DNA from: Candidatus Binataceae bacterium
GTDB lineage: Bacteria; Desulfobacterota; Binatia; Binatales; Binataceae
Reading direction: 5' to 3'
Length of the DNA stretch: 64,000 nt
NCBI GenBank assembly: GCA_035541875.1
Contig: DATKML010000024.1
Location: forward strand, 5,030-69,029
Shown one piece after another: positions 1 through 9,913 of the stretch. Position numbers and translations under genes: made by a program. The first letter of the stretch is position 1. Every line of letters begins with the position of its first letter. Under the pieces are notes generated by a model. It was not told the DNA's origin. It was given only the letters and a program-made list of their open reading frames with translations, and did not search any database.

Positions 1-981
1 AATCCGCACTTCTGCAAATCGGCGCTGAGCCGATACACGCAACACGATTTTATCGCTATGGTCGAACGCCATCGGATCGCCTATCACGAGAAAACCCTTG
101 GACAACTCTTCTGCGACGGGTCGGCGCGGGCAATCGTCGAGATGCTGATGCGGGAGTGCAATGACGCGGGTGTTGTTACGCTCTTAGGATGCGCGATCAG
201 CGAGATTCGCCGGAGCGACGGTTTCCGCGTCGAGACCAACCGCGGCCATTTTAGGACGCAGGTGGTCGTAATCGCGACCGGAGGATGCTCGATTCCGAAG
301 ATGGGAGCGACGCGTTTTGCCTTCGATCTCGCGCGACGCTTTGATCTACCACTGGTTGAGCCTCGACCCGGACTGGTGCCGCTGCGTCTCAATGGCGAGG
401 AACTGAGTCTTTGTAGTTCCTTGAGTGGCGTCTCGCTCGAAGTCGAAACCCAATGTGATCGTCAATCCTTTCGCGAAGCGATGCTGTTTACCCATCGGGG
501 CTTGTCTGGCCCTGCGATCCTGCAAATCTCGTCGTATTGGCGAGCCGGAAAAGAGATTGAGATCGACTTGGCGCCCGAGCTTCGTAACGCTATTCGATGG
601 CTCAAGCAGAAGCGGCAGGAACGCGCTAAGGCTCTTCTATCCAGCGTACTAGCGGAACTTTGGCCGACACGTTTGGCGCAGGCGATCGCCGCGCCGTGGA
701 ATGATCGGACGATGGCGAACCTGTCCGATCGGGAACTGGCCGCGCTCGCGCAACGAATCAAGCATTGGACCGTCTGTCCTAGCGGGTCTGAAGGATGGGA
801 CAAAGCGGAGGTGACCGTCGGCGGCATCGATACTGATGCGCTCTCGTCGCGAACGATGGAATCGCGCGAGGTGCCGGGTCTCTACGCGATTGGGGAAGCG
901 GTGGACGTAACCGGATGGCTCGGCGGGTATAATTTCCAATGGGCTTGGTCCAGTGGATGGTGCGCCGGACAAGCGGTTTGA
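1..981 (+). CDS. HI0933/YhiN-family flavoprotein (NAD(P)/FAD-dependent oxidoreductase), 5'-truncated by the window edge
   Basis: Frame 1 is open from base 1 (NPHFCKSALSRYTQHDF...). The C-terminal two thirds of a YhiN-like protein are present, ending TGA at 979-981. Confidence 0.7.
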   Translation, partial: NPHFCKSALSRYTQHDFIAMVERHRIAYHEKTLGQLFCDGSARAIVEMLMRECNDAGVVTLLGCAISEIRRSDGFRVETNRGHFRTQVVVIATGGCSIPKMGATRFAFDLARRFDLPLVEPRPGLVPLRLNGEELSLCSSLSGVSLEVETQCDRQSFREAMLFTHRGLSGPAILQISSYWRAGKEIEIDLAPELRNAIRWLKQKRQERAKALLSSVLAELWPTRLAQAIAAPWNDRTMANLSDRELAALAQRIKHWTVCPSGSEGWDKAEVTVGGIDTDALSSRTMESREVPGLYAIGEAVDVTGWLGGYNFQWAWSSGWCAGQAV

Positions 982-999
982 TGTGAGTAGCAATCGCGA

Positions 1000-1848
1000 A
1001 TGGTACCGAAAGAATCTTCCGACCTTGATCCGATAGCGATCCTTTCCGACTTTGGATACCGCGATCACTACGCTGGTGTGATGAAAGGCGTTATCGCTTC
1101 GATTGCGCCCGCGGCTCAAGTGATCGACATAACTCATGGAATTCCGGCGCAGCAAATAGCAGCGGGTGCCCTGATCCTGAGTCAGAGCTGGCGCTTCTTT
1201 CCTCCGAGGACAATTTTTCTGGCTGTGGTCGATCCGGGCGTCGGGACTGATCGGCTTCCAATCGCGATCGAGACTCGAGCCGGCGCCCGTCTTGTCGGTC
1301 CGGATAATGGATTACTTGCGCCTGTGGCTCACGCAGCCGGAATCGAGCAGATCGTCGAACTGCGTAACCCGGAATATCGGCTGCCGGCCGCCAGCTCAAC
1401 TTTTCATGGTCGCGATATCTTTGCTCCTGCGGCGGCCTGGATCGCTCGCGGCGTTCCACCCGATACCTTGGGTCCGCGAATCGATTCAATCGAAGAGCTG
1501 GATCTGGCTGCGGGCGTAATGCACGCAGCGCATACGCTGGCGGGCCGCGTCATTTACGTCGATACCTACGGAAATCTGGTGACGAATCTCTCGCGCCAGC
1601 AAGTCCAAGCATTTGCTGAGGGCGTCGAGCACGATAGTCTGTGGGTAAGAGTCGGCGGCAGCCCGGCTTTCAAGGTGGGTGGAACCTACGCTGAGGTTGC
1701 CGTGGGCGGCTCGTTAGCCCTCTTCGGCAGCTTCGAGATGCTGGAAATTGCGGTTCGTGACGGCGACGCGGCTGCTGTGTTCAAGGCCGGGATTGGTGCG
1801 CCGGTGATAATCGAGAAAGCGGAACACGGAAAGAAAAAAAGGCATTAA
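1000..1848 (+). CDS. SAM hydroxide adenosyltransferase family protein (DUF62; fluorinase/chlorinase-like fold)
   Basis: N-terminal ILSDFGYRDHYAGVMKGVI motif and overall 282-aa length are typical of DUF62 SAM-cleaving enzymes. The stop overlaps the next start (TAATG). Confidence 0.75.
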   Translation: MVPKESSDLDPIAILSDFGYRDHYAGVMKGVIASIAPAAQVIDITHGIPAQQIAAGALILSQSWRFFPPRTIFLAVVDPGVGTDRLPIAIETRAGARLVGPDNGLLAPVAHAAGIEQIVELRNPEYRLPAASSTFHGRDIFAPAAAWIARGVPPDTLGPRIDSIEELDLAAGVMHAAHTLAGRVIYVDTYGNLVTNLSRQQVQAFAEGVEHDSLWVRVGGSPAFKVGGTYAEVAVGGSLALFGSFEMLEIAVRDGDAAAVFKAGIGAPVIIEKAEHGKKKRH

Positions 1849-2960
1849 TGGAAGATTCGGGCCTCCCGCGGGAAAATCCTCAGATAGTCACTGAAATACC
1901 GCGCTTCGATGGCTTCGCCGAGCCCTATCGTGCTCCGGTTCAACCAGCCAAGCCACCAATTCATATCCCGCGGACCAACCGCGTTCTTTTTGCGCTGACC
2001 CTGCTTACGACGACACTAGCCGGAGCCCAGAGTGCAGGGGTTGAGGTTTCATTTGCGCATCCGCTGGATGCGCTGGTCGGCCTTTCCCAGGGACTCTCGT
2101 TTTCGATACCGCTGATGTCGATTCTGCTGGCGCACGAGATGGGCCACTTTTTGATGGCGCGTCGGTACGGCGTCGATACCAGTCTGCCTTATTTTATCCC
2201 TGCGATATTTCCGTCGATCTTTTCGATTGGGACTTTTGGCGCTTTCATCCGTATGCGATCGTTGCCGAAGACCCGCCGAGCGATGTTCGATATCGGTGCG
2301 GCTGGCCCTTGGGTCGGGTTCGTAATCGCCCTAATCGCGATCATTATCGGTTTGAAGTTATCCGAAGTCACTCCACTGGACACTGCATCCGGTGGAATCG
2401 AGCTCGGTAATTCCATCGTCTTCTGGTCGCTCTCGCGAGTAATCCTCGGCGTTGACCCCGACACAGTGAATATCACTTTGCATCCAGCGGCTTTTGCGGG
2501 ATGGATTGGATTGCTGGTCACAGCCCTGAACCTTCTCCCGGTAGGCCAGCTCGATGGAGGGCACGTCGTTTATTCGCTATTCGGACCGCGATGGCATCGG
2601 CGCATATCGCGCGCCGTATGGATGGGATGTCTCTTTATGGTATTGGTGCCGAAGCTTTTGGCGCTTTTGCCCGGAGTTCCGGAAATCAACTACTGGCCCG
2701 GTTGGATCATGTGGTTCCTGCTCATCCTGGTGCTCGGCCTGGGCCATCCGGTGACTCAGGATGCTGAGACTCCTCTTGCGGGCAAGCGTCGATTGGCTGC
2801 ATGGGCGACGGTGCTGCTCTTTATCGTGACCTTCACGCCCGTTCCCCTCTCCTTTGTTGCTCCGAAGGAGCCGATCCCGCCGAGCGAAGGACCAACCTAC
2901 AGCGTGATTCATCACGCACCGCCGAATAGTTCGTTACCGAGACATTCGCGAGCGCTCTAA
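1848..2960 (+). CDS. Site-2 protease family (M50) membrane metalloprotease
   Basis: Multi-pass membrane protein with an HExxH motif (LLAHEMGHFLMA). It is translationally coupled to the upstream gene. Confidence 0.75.
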   Translation: MEDSGLPRENPQIVTEIPRFDGFAEPYRAPVQPAKPPIHIPRTNRVLFALTLLTTTLAGAQSAGVEVSFAHPLDALVGLSQGLSFSIPLMSILLAHEMGHFLMARRYGVDTSLPYFIPAIFPSIFSIGTFGAFIRMRSLPKTRRAMFDIGAAGPWVGFVIALIAIIIGLKLSEVTPLDTASGGIELGNSIVFWSLSRVILGVDPDTVNITLHPAAFAGWIGLLVTALNLLPVGQLDGGHVVYSLFGPRWHRRISRAVWMGCLFMVLVPKLLALLPGVPEINYWPGWIMWFLLILVLGLGHPVTQDAETPLAGKRRLAAWATVLLFIVTFTPVPLSFVAPKEPIPPSEGPTYSVIHHAPPNSSLPRHSRAL

Positions 2961-3004
2961 GTGGTGCATCGGGCTCCGGATCGTATCTGGTCGGATGCTG
3001 CACG

Positions 3005-3736
3005 TTGAGAGAACTCTCGACAGGATGTTACGATCGTGCGGCGATGGCGTTAGTTGAGCGGAGCTTCTATGAACGACAGGGGGCCGAAGCACTTGCGATG
3101 GGCCGCGAGTTCGACTGCTCGATGGAGTCGACAAACGCGGCGGTTAGCGCGATGACGCAGCGCTATACCGACGAATTCGCGTCGGTGCTGGACGTCGGAT
3201 GCGGCGCTAACCTCGCTTACGATTTGCCACTTGTTGCAGCCGGAAAGCGCGTGGTTGGAGTCGATTTTGCACTGAACTTTCTGCGTCTTGCGCCCGCCGA
3301 TCGGCACGGTGTCGATCTGGCTCAGGCTGACGCGCTGCGATTGCCCTTCCGCGGCAATTCCTTCGATGCGGTCATCTGCTCTGAGACGGTCGAGCATGTA
3401 GACGATGACCGAGGAGCAATCAGCGAAATCGCACGCATTTTGAAGCCTGCGGGATTGCTCTTTTTCACCGTGCCGACATTGTGGAGCGCCGCACGGATTA
3501 TCGAAATGATGAAGACGCGCAATCTCACCATCCGACTGATGGAAGGACACGTGCGCGAATATTCGCCGCGGGCCGTACGCAAGTTACTGTCGCCCCATTT
3601 TGCGATCGAAGCGTGGTATCCGGTTGGCTGCGGATGGACCGGGCCGGTCGGAAAGCGAATCGAGAGTCTGATTCAGAGTGGCTTGCTGCGTCGCTTTTCT
3701 AAGTCGGTCGCCGTGGTAGCGCGAAAGACCCGCTGA
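3005..3736 (+). CDS. Class I SAM-dependent methyltransferase
   Basis: VLDVGCGAN glycine-rich SAM motif and a DAVICSETVEHV motif II (Methyltransf_11-like). Confidence 0.75.
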   Translation: MRELSTGCYDRAAMALVERSFYERQGAEALAMGREFDCSMESTNAAVSAMTQRYTDEFASVLDVGCGANLAYDLPLVAAGKRVVGVDFALNFLRLAPADRHGVDLAQADALRLPFRGNSFDAVICSETVEHVDDDRGAISEIARILKPAGLLFFTVPTLWSAARIIEMMKTRNLTIRLMEGHVREYSPRAVRKLLSPHFAIEAWYPVGCGWTGPVGKRIESLIQSGLLRRFSKSVAVVARKTR

Positions 3737-3740
3737 GCGC

Positions 3741-3950
3741 TCAGAGCGACCACCATCGCCGCAGCGCGACGACAGACCATACGCCTTCAACCAGGCCGAA
3801 GGGCCATGCGCCTTGAAGGAAACCATAGGTCGAGCCCAACATGCACGCGACTGCGAAAGCCAGCACATACCAGTGCGAGCGATCTTCCAGGGCGTAGCAG
3901 ATGAGCATCGAACTCACAGCGAACAAGCCAAACAGGGTAAGGCGATCCAT
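3741..3950 (-). CDS. Small hypothetical membrane protein (69 aa), immediately downstream of the P450 on the same strand
   Basis: Two predicted TM helices. It lies 41 bp downstream of the P450 stop on the same strand, so is probably co-transcribed. Confidence 0.4.
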   Translation of the reverse strand: MDRLTLFGLFAVSSMLICYALEDRSHWYVLAFAVACMLGSTYGFLQGAWPFGLVEGVWSVVALRRWWSL

Positions 3951-3991
3951 AATTTTGCGATGCCTATTTGAGCTTGTACGCGGTGGCGAGT

Positions 3992-5371
3992 CTATGCCGC
4001 AGCGGCACGATGGATCGTTTCGACCGCCATCATGATGCCTTTACGTGGTCTCAGCGTGATGAGCGGCTCTGGTTCCACAGGGTTGGTCTGCGCAAGTCGC
4101 AGGCGGTAGTTCTGCAGGACCGTGGCGAGGATGAGGCGCGCTTCGAGCTGCGCGAACTGATCGCCGATGCAAAGTCGTGGACCGCCGCCGAACGGAAAAT
4201 AGGTGTAACGCGGTCGCTTGGCTATCTCCTCAGGTCGGAAACGCTCAGGGTCGAAGCGATTCGGATCGCTCCAGAAATCCGGATGACGGTGGGTTACCCA
4301 TTGGCTCAGCAGGACATTGGCGCCCGCCGGGATGCGGTAGCCCATAATCTCATCGTCGGCGATCACCGCACGGGAGATTGCCCACGCCGGCGGATAGAGG
4401 CGCATCGCCTCCTGCAGGACCATCGTGAGGTAGGGCATCCGCGCGATATCCTCAACCGTCGGCAACCGCCCACCGAGCACCTGATCGAATTCGGTGCGTA
4501 GCTTCCCTTCGACTTCCGGCGCACTCGAGAGCAAGTAAAAGGTCCATCCTAGGGCGTTGGCGGTGGTCTCGTGTCCCGCAAGTAGCAGTGTCAGCACTTC
4601 GTCACGGATCTGCTTTGGCGGCATCGGTTCGCCGGTGTCCGCGTCGCGAGCAGCCAATAGCATCGAGAGCAAATCGCCATGATCACGGTCTTCGCGCACC
4701 CGCTCCTCGATGATGCGATCGACGAGCATGTGAAGGCTGCGGTTTGCTCCCTTGAGTTTGCGATTGTGCGCCGTCGGAAGAAACGGCAACAAAAGGCTGA
4801 TGGCGTCGGTCCCGAATAGGCGAACCACTACGCCCAGCGCTTCGGCGACCGTAGCTGCGTCGTCGCCAATCTCTAAATCGATAAGGGTGCGACTGGCGAT
4901 CCGCAGGGCCACTCGCATCATTTCTGCCGTGATATCGAAGGGCTCGCCAGCCTGAAAGCGTGCGTGCCATCCATCCAGCATCCGGGCTGTTTCGTCGATC
5001 ATGATGGCGCCGAATTCCGCAATACGCTGGCGATGGAACATCGGCTGGATAAGCCGTCGCTGCCGCAGCCAAAGCGGATTTTCCGCTGTCAGTAGGCCAT
5101 TGCCGAGCAGCGGCTTCAGCATCTGGTAGTCGAAATTGTTCTTGTTGTAGTTCGAGTGATTCGAGTGCAGGACTCGCTCGACTCCGTCAGGGTGGGACAG
5201 AAAAAAGATTGGCGTGCGGAGAAAGCGGTAGTGCACCACCGGCCCGAAGCGGTGCATATCCTCGATGAGGCGTTCGAGGGGCCGTTTATACATCGCTGCG
5301 GCACTGCCGAAAATGAAGCCCCCACCTGGTCCGGGGGCAATCTGGGCCGACATCGTCGATTGAGCGTTCAT
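3992..5371 (-). CDS. Cytochrome P450
   Basis: Heme-binding loop FGGGPRLCIGDQFA and an ExxR-like region, in a 459-aa protein. Confidence 0.85.
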   Translation of the reverse strand: MNAQSTMSAQIAPGPGGGFIFGSAAAMYKRPLERLIEDMHRFGPVVHYRFLRTPIFFLSHPDGVERVLHSNHSNYNKNNFDYQMLKPLLGNGLLTAENPLWLRQRRLIQPMFHRQRIAEFGAIMIDETARMLDGWHARFQAGEPFDITAEMMRVALRIASRTLIDLEIGDDAATVAEALGVVVRLFGTDAISLLLPFLPTAHNRKLKGANRSLHMLVDRIIEERVREDRDHGDLLSMLLAARDADTGEPMPPKQIRDEVLTLLLAGHETTANALGWTFYLLSSAPEVEGKLRTEFDQVLGGRLPTVEDIARMPYLTMVLQEAMRLYPPAWAISRAVIADDEIMGYRIPAGANVLLSQWVTHRHPDFWSDPNRFDPERFRPEEIAKRPRYTYFPFGGGPRLCIGDQFAQLEARLILATVLQNYRLRLAQTNPVEPEPLITLRPRKGIMMAVETIHRAAAA

Positions 5372-5458
5372 TCATTTATTCTACAAATTTTCCTTGACCG
5401 GTTACATCAACGAACTAGAGTCGAGCAAACCGCAATTTTTGGAGCAAAAGGTTTAACG

Positions 5459-6469
5459 ATGAAGACCAAGAAGATGGGACGGACGGGACTCAAAGTCTCC
5501 GAGATTTGTCTCGGCACGATGACCTTTGGGATGCAGTGCGACGAACCGACCAGCTTTGCAATTATGGACGCCGCCGTGGAGAACGGTGTTGATTTCTTCG
5601 ATACCGCCGACGGCTATCCGATGGGCGGGACGTTTGCGACCCTTGGGCGCACGGAGGAGATCGTGGGCAAGTGGCTCAAAGGGAGGCGCGATAAGATCGT
5701 GCTGGCGACGAAATGTTGGGTGCCGATGGGCAAAGAGCCCAATAATCGCGGGCTCTCGCGCAAGCATATCTTCGATGCTATCGAGGCCAGCCTGCGCCGT
5801 CTCCAGACTGATTACATCGATCTTTATCAGGCGCATTCGCCGGATCCCGATACGCCGCTCGATGAGACGCTGCGTGCCTATGACGACCTGGTCCATCAGG
5901 GCAAGGTTCGTTACATCGGATGCTCGAATTTCAAAGCCTGGCTGCTCGCGAGCGCCCTCTGGATCAGCGATAAAGAGGGGCTTGCGCGCTTCGATTGCGT
6001 CCAGCCGCGCTACAATATCCTGTTCCGCGAAATCGAGAATGAGGTGCTGCCGCTGTGCAATAACTGCGGCGTCGGTGTAATCGCCTACAATCCGCTCGCA
6101 GGTGGCTTCCTTACCGGCAAATACTCGGCCGATTCAAAGGCTCCGCCGGAGAGCCGCTTCGGCTTCATCAAGGGGCCGGCAAGCGACCTCTATCACAAGC
6201 GTTACTGGCAGGATGCGCAGTTCGCGGCGGTGGATCATCTGCAGCAGTTCTTCAAGCCGCGTGGTAAGTCGCTGACGCAGGTTGCGATCGCGTGGGTGCT
6301 GGCGCAGCCAGACATCACGTCCGCGATTCTGGGCGCGACGTCGGCAGCGCAGCTGCAGCAATCACTGCCTGCCACCGAGCTTACGCTCGACAAGGAAGAG
6401 ATCGATTTCTGCAACGACATCTGGTACCGGCTGCCGCGTCTGAGCGATCCGCTGGTGGCAACGCGATGA
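5459..6469 (+). CDS. Aldo/keto reductase
   Basis: MKTKKMGRTGLKVSEICLGTMTFG is an AKR N-terminus. The ATG at 5459 is in the same frame as the long track ORF starting at 5156, whose upstream extension overlaps the divergent P450. Confidence 0.85.
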   Translation: MKTKKMGRTGLKVSEICLGTMTFGMQCDEPTSFAIMDAAVENGVDFFDTADGYPMGGTFATLGRTEEIVGKWLKGRRDKIVLATKCWVPMGKEPNNRGLSRKHIFDAIEASLRRLQTDYIDLYQAHSPDPDTPLDETLRAYDDLVHQGKVRYIGCSNFKAWLLASALWISDKEGLARFDCVQPRYNILFREIENEVLPLCNNCGVGVIAYNPLAGGFLTGKYSADSKAPPESRFGFIKGPASDLYHKRYWQDAQFAAVDHLQQFFKPRGKSLTQVAIAWVLAQPDITSAILGATSAAQLQQSLPATELTLDKEEIDFCNDIWYRLPRLSDPLVATR

Positions 6470-6485
6470 GGTCAGGTCAGTAGGA

Positions 6486-9400
6486 ATGGATTCTCGACGA
6501 ATACTAATCGCCAATCGCGGCGAGATTGCGATCCGCGTGATGGAAGCGGCGGTCGAACTCGGCCTGACGACGGTCGCGGTCTTTTCCGAAGACGACGCCA
6601 AGTCGTTGCATACGATTCGCGCCGACGAAGCGTATCAGCTCAACGGATCAGGTCCGGCTGCTTACCTCGACGGTGAGCAGATAATCGCACTGGCGAAAGC
6701 GCATAATTGTGCTGCGATTCATCCGGGGTACGGTTTTCTCAGCGAGAATGCAGATTTCGCGCGACGCTGCGCCGATGCGGGCATCCTTTTTGTAGGCCCT
6801 CGTCCCGAATTGCTCGAACTCTTCGGCGACAAGGTACGGGCGCGGCTCTTCGCGCAGGAGTGCGGCATCCCGGTTATCGAGGGCGCCGCAAATGCCGTAA
6901 CCCTCGATGAGTTGAAATCATTCTTCGACGCCGCGCCGCCCGGACTGGGGGTCGTGATCAAAGCGGTCGCAGGTGGCGGCGGTCGCGGGATGCGCGTGGT
7001 TACGCGGCGCGAGGATTTGGATCAGGCGTTCCAGCGATGCCAATCAGAAGCGCGCGCCGCCTTTGGCCGCGGCGATGTCTACGCCGAACATTTCATGCCC
7101 TCGGCGCGGCACGTTGAGGTCCAGATTCTGGGTGACCGCAGTGGTCGCATCACCCATCTGTGGGAGCGCGAGTGCACCATCCAGCGGCGCCATCAGAAGC
7201 TGATCGAGATCGCGCCGAGTCCCGGCATTACAACGGCCGTGCGATCGAAGCTGCTCGATGCGGCGGTGAAGATCGCTCAGTACGCACGCTACGAGACGCT
7301 CGGCACCTTCGAATTTCTGGTTAATTCAAAGGGGGGTGATGATGCGCGGTTCGCGTTTATCGAGGCGAACCCGCGTCTGCAGGTCGAGCATACGGTTACG
7401 GAAGAGGTAACCGGCGTCGATTTGGTACGGGCGCAGCTTGACCTCGCATTCGGCAAATCACTTGGAGAGGTCGGTCTCGAAACGCCTGAGGTACGGCGCG
7501 CCGAAGGGTACGCGATTCAGATGCGGATCAACGCCGAATCGATGGCTCCCGATGGATCGCCAAAACCGGCGCAGGGCACGATCAATCTCTTCGAGCCGCC
7601 CTCGGGGCGAGGTGTGCGGGTCGATTCGGCAGCCTACTCCGGCTACGCGACGAATCCGCGCTTTGATTCTCTGCTGGCGAAGCTGATCGTGCATTCGCCG
7701 ACGTCGCGCTTCGAAGATGCGGCCGCTAAGGCTTATCGCGCCCTATGCAAATTTCGTATCGAGGGTGTCGCGACCAATCTCGGCTTTCTACAGGCCCTCC
7801 TGAAGCATCAGGCTTTCATCGATCACCACGTCCATACCGGCTTTATCGATGAGCAACTCGCAGAGCTCTCGGAAGCCGCCAAGGAGAGCCATCGCCGATT
7901 GTACTTCGGACGCGTCGCGACGCCGCAGATAGTCGGTGCGAAGATCGACGCGATCGATCCCTTGGCCGTGCTCGTTCACGGCAAATCGCAAGCTACGGAT
8001 GGAGACACCACCGTTGGTGTTGTTGCCCCGAGCATAGCCACGCTCCCCGCAGTCGAAGGGCCGGAAGGTACGATCCCCGTAGCCGCACCGATGCAGGGAA
8101 CAATCGTCTCGATCGATGTGACCGAAGGCACTTCCGTGACGCCCGGACAGCAACTGGCGGTGATGGAAGCGATGAAGATGGAGCACGTCATCGCGGCGCC
8201 GGTCAGTGGAATCGTGCGATCGGTGACGATCGCCAAGGGCGATACGGTGGCGGAGGGACATCCGCTCGTGTTTATCGAAGAGCGCGCAGTCGACTCTGGA
8301 AGCGTCGTCACAGAGGCCGACCTCAACCTGGAGGTGATTCGGCCTGACCTCGCTGAAGTGATCGAGCGACACGAGATAGGACTCGATGCGGCGCGACCGG
8401 AGGCCGTTGCGCGTCGCCGAAAGACGGGGCAGCGCACGGCGCGCGAGAATCTCGCGGAGCTTTGCGACCCCGGCTCGTTCGTTGAGTACGGGCCATTAGG
8501 CGTCGCCGCCCAGCGCCGTCGCCGCACGATGGACGATCTCATCCGCAATACTCCGGCGGATGGCCTGGTCACCGGCCACGCGACGATTAACGCCGATCTC
8601 TTCGGACCCGAACGCGCTCATACCGTGGTGCTGGCCTATGACTTCACAGTGCTGGCCGGCACGCAGGGCCATCTGAACCATCGTAAGAAGGATCGGATGT
8701 TCCAACTCGCGCGCGAATTGAGGGTGCCTCTCGTACTGTTTGCCGAGGGCGGGGGAGGGCGACCGGGCGATACCGACGGCGATTTCAGTTCGCGCACTTT
8801 TTTCGATTTTCCGCGCTTGAGTGGCCTCGTGCCGATGGTCGGCGTCGTGTCGGGTCGATGCTATGCGGGTAATGCTTCGCTGCTCGGATGCTGTGACGTG
8901 GTAATTGCGACGCGCAACTCGAATATCGGAATGGGCGGCCCTGCAATGATCGAGAGCGGTGGTCTCGGGGTTTTTCGTCCCGAGCAGATCGGACCGCTGA
9001 GCGTGCAGATTCCAAGTGGCGTCGTGGATATCGCCGTCGAAGATGAAATCGAAGCGGCGCACGTTGCGCGCAAGTATCTCTCGTATTTTCAGGGCGCCGT
9101 GAAGGATTACGAATGCGCGGATCAGCGGATGCTGCGCAAGGCGATTCCCGAAAATCGTCTACGTGCGTATGACATCCGCAACGTGATCGCGACGCTGGCC
9201 GATACCGACTCGGTGCTCGAACTGCGGCCGCACTTTGGCCGCACTATTATCACCGCATTCATTCGTATCGACGGCCGCCCGATTGGACTGGTGGCGAACA
9301 ACCCGATGCATCTGGCGGGAGCGATTGATAGCGATGGTGCCGACAAGGCTGCGCGCTTTATCGTGCTCTGCGACGCGTTCGATATACCGCTGCTCTATCT

Positions 9401-9881
9401 TTGTGATACTCCCGGCATCATGGTCGGTCCCGAAATCGAGAAGACGGCGCTCGTGAGGCATTCGTCCCGCATGTTCCTGGCCGGGTCGAATGTGCAGGTG
9501 CCGTTCCTCAAGATCGTGTTGCGCAAGGCCTATGGCCTCGGCGCGATTGCGATGTCGGGTGGGGCCGATGACGCGGCGGTCTTTACCGTCTCATGGCCGA
9601 CGGGCGAGTTCGGACCGATGGCGCTCGAGGGGGCGGCCAAGCTCGGTTATCGCAACGAGCTGGCGGCGATCGACGATCCGGTCGAGCGCAAGAAGAAGTT
9701 CGACGAGATGGTCGCCAATCTTTATCAGCGCGGTAAGGCTTTGAATGTCGCGACCCATTTTACGATCGACGATGTAATCGATCCCGCCGATACACGGCGC
9801 TGGATTTCGGCGGCGTTGCGCTCGACACCGATCGCAGAGCGGCGCAAGAACAAGAAATACCCGTTCATCGATAGCTGGTGA
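6486..9881 (+). CDS. Single-chain multidomain acyl-CoA carboxylase (biotin carboxylase + biotinyl/BCCP domain + carboxyltransferase)
   Basis: The N-terminus is ILIANRGEIAIRV (biotin carboxylase). The middle carries EAMKMEHVIAAPVSG (biotin attachment). The C-terminal ~500 aa resemble an acyl-CoA carboxylase beta (crotonase-fold CT) domain. Total length is 1131 aa. Confidence 0.8.
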   Translation: MDSRRILIANRGEIAIRVMEAAVELGLTTVAVFSEDDAKSLHTIRADEAYQLNGSGPAAYLDGEQIIALAKAHNCAAIHPGYGFLSENADFARRCADAGILFVGPRPELLELFGDKVRARLFAQECGIPVIEGAANAVTLDELKSFFDAAPPGLGVVIKAVAGGGGRGMRVVTRREDLDQAFQRCQSEARAAFGRGDVYAEHFMPSARHVEVQILGDRSGRITHLWERECTIQRRHQKLIEIAPSPGITTAVRSKLLDAAVKIAQYARYETLGTFEFLVNSKGGDDARFAFIEANPRLQVEHTVTEEVTGVDLVRAQLDLAFGKSLGEVGLETPEVRRAEGYAIQMRINAESMAPDGSPKPAQGTINLFEPPSGRGVRVDSAAYSGYATNPRFDSLLAKLIVHSPTSRFEDAAAKAYRALCKFRIEGVATNLGFLQALLKHQAFIDHHVHTGFIDEQLAELSEAAKESHRRLYFGRVATPQIVGAKIDAIDPLAVLVHGKSQATDGDTTVGVVAPSIATLPAVEGPEGTIPVAAPMQGTIVSIDVTEGTSVTPGQQLAVMEAMKMEHVIAAPVSGIVRSVTIAKGDTVAEGHPLVFIEERAVDSGSVVTEADLNLEVIRPDLAEVIERHEIGLDAARPEAVARRRKTGQRTARENLAELCDPGSFVEYGPLGVAAQRRRRTMDDLIRNTPADGLVTGHATINADLFGPERAHTVVLAYDFTVLAGTQGHLNHRKKDRMFQLARELRVPLVLFAEGGGGRPGDTDGDFSSRTFFDFPRLSGLVPMVGVVSGRCYAGNASLLGCCDVVIATRNSNIGMGGPAMIESGGLGVFRPEQIGPLSVQIPSGVVDIAVEDEIEAAHVARKYLSYFQGAVKDYECADQRMLRKAIPENRLRAYDIRNVIATLADTDSVLELRPHFGRTIITAFIRIDGRPIGLVANNPMHLAGAIDSDGADKAARFIVLCDAFDIPLLYLCDTPGIMVGPEIEKTALVRHSSRMFLAGSNVQVPFLKIVLRKAYGLGAIAMSGGADDAAVFTVSWPTGEFGPMALEGAAKLGYRNELAAIDDPVERKKKFDEMVANLYQRGKALNVATHFTIDDVIDPADTRRWISAALRSTPIAERRKNKKYPFIDSW

Positions 9882-9913
9882 TCGGAACCTGACAACTGGA
9901 AAGGACGGCAGCG

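Noticed and set aside
5156-5458. Long N-terminal extension of the aldo/keto reductase ORF
   Set aside because: The upstream 100 codons overlap the divergent P450 gene and lack AKR similarity. The canonical AKR N-terminus starts at ATG 5459.
7788-9062. Several 190-200-aa minus-strand ORFs inside the fused carboxylase gene
   Set aside because: All are antisense to a strongly supported 1131-aa CDS, with Arg/Ser-rich shadow composition.
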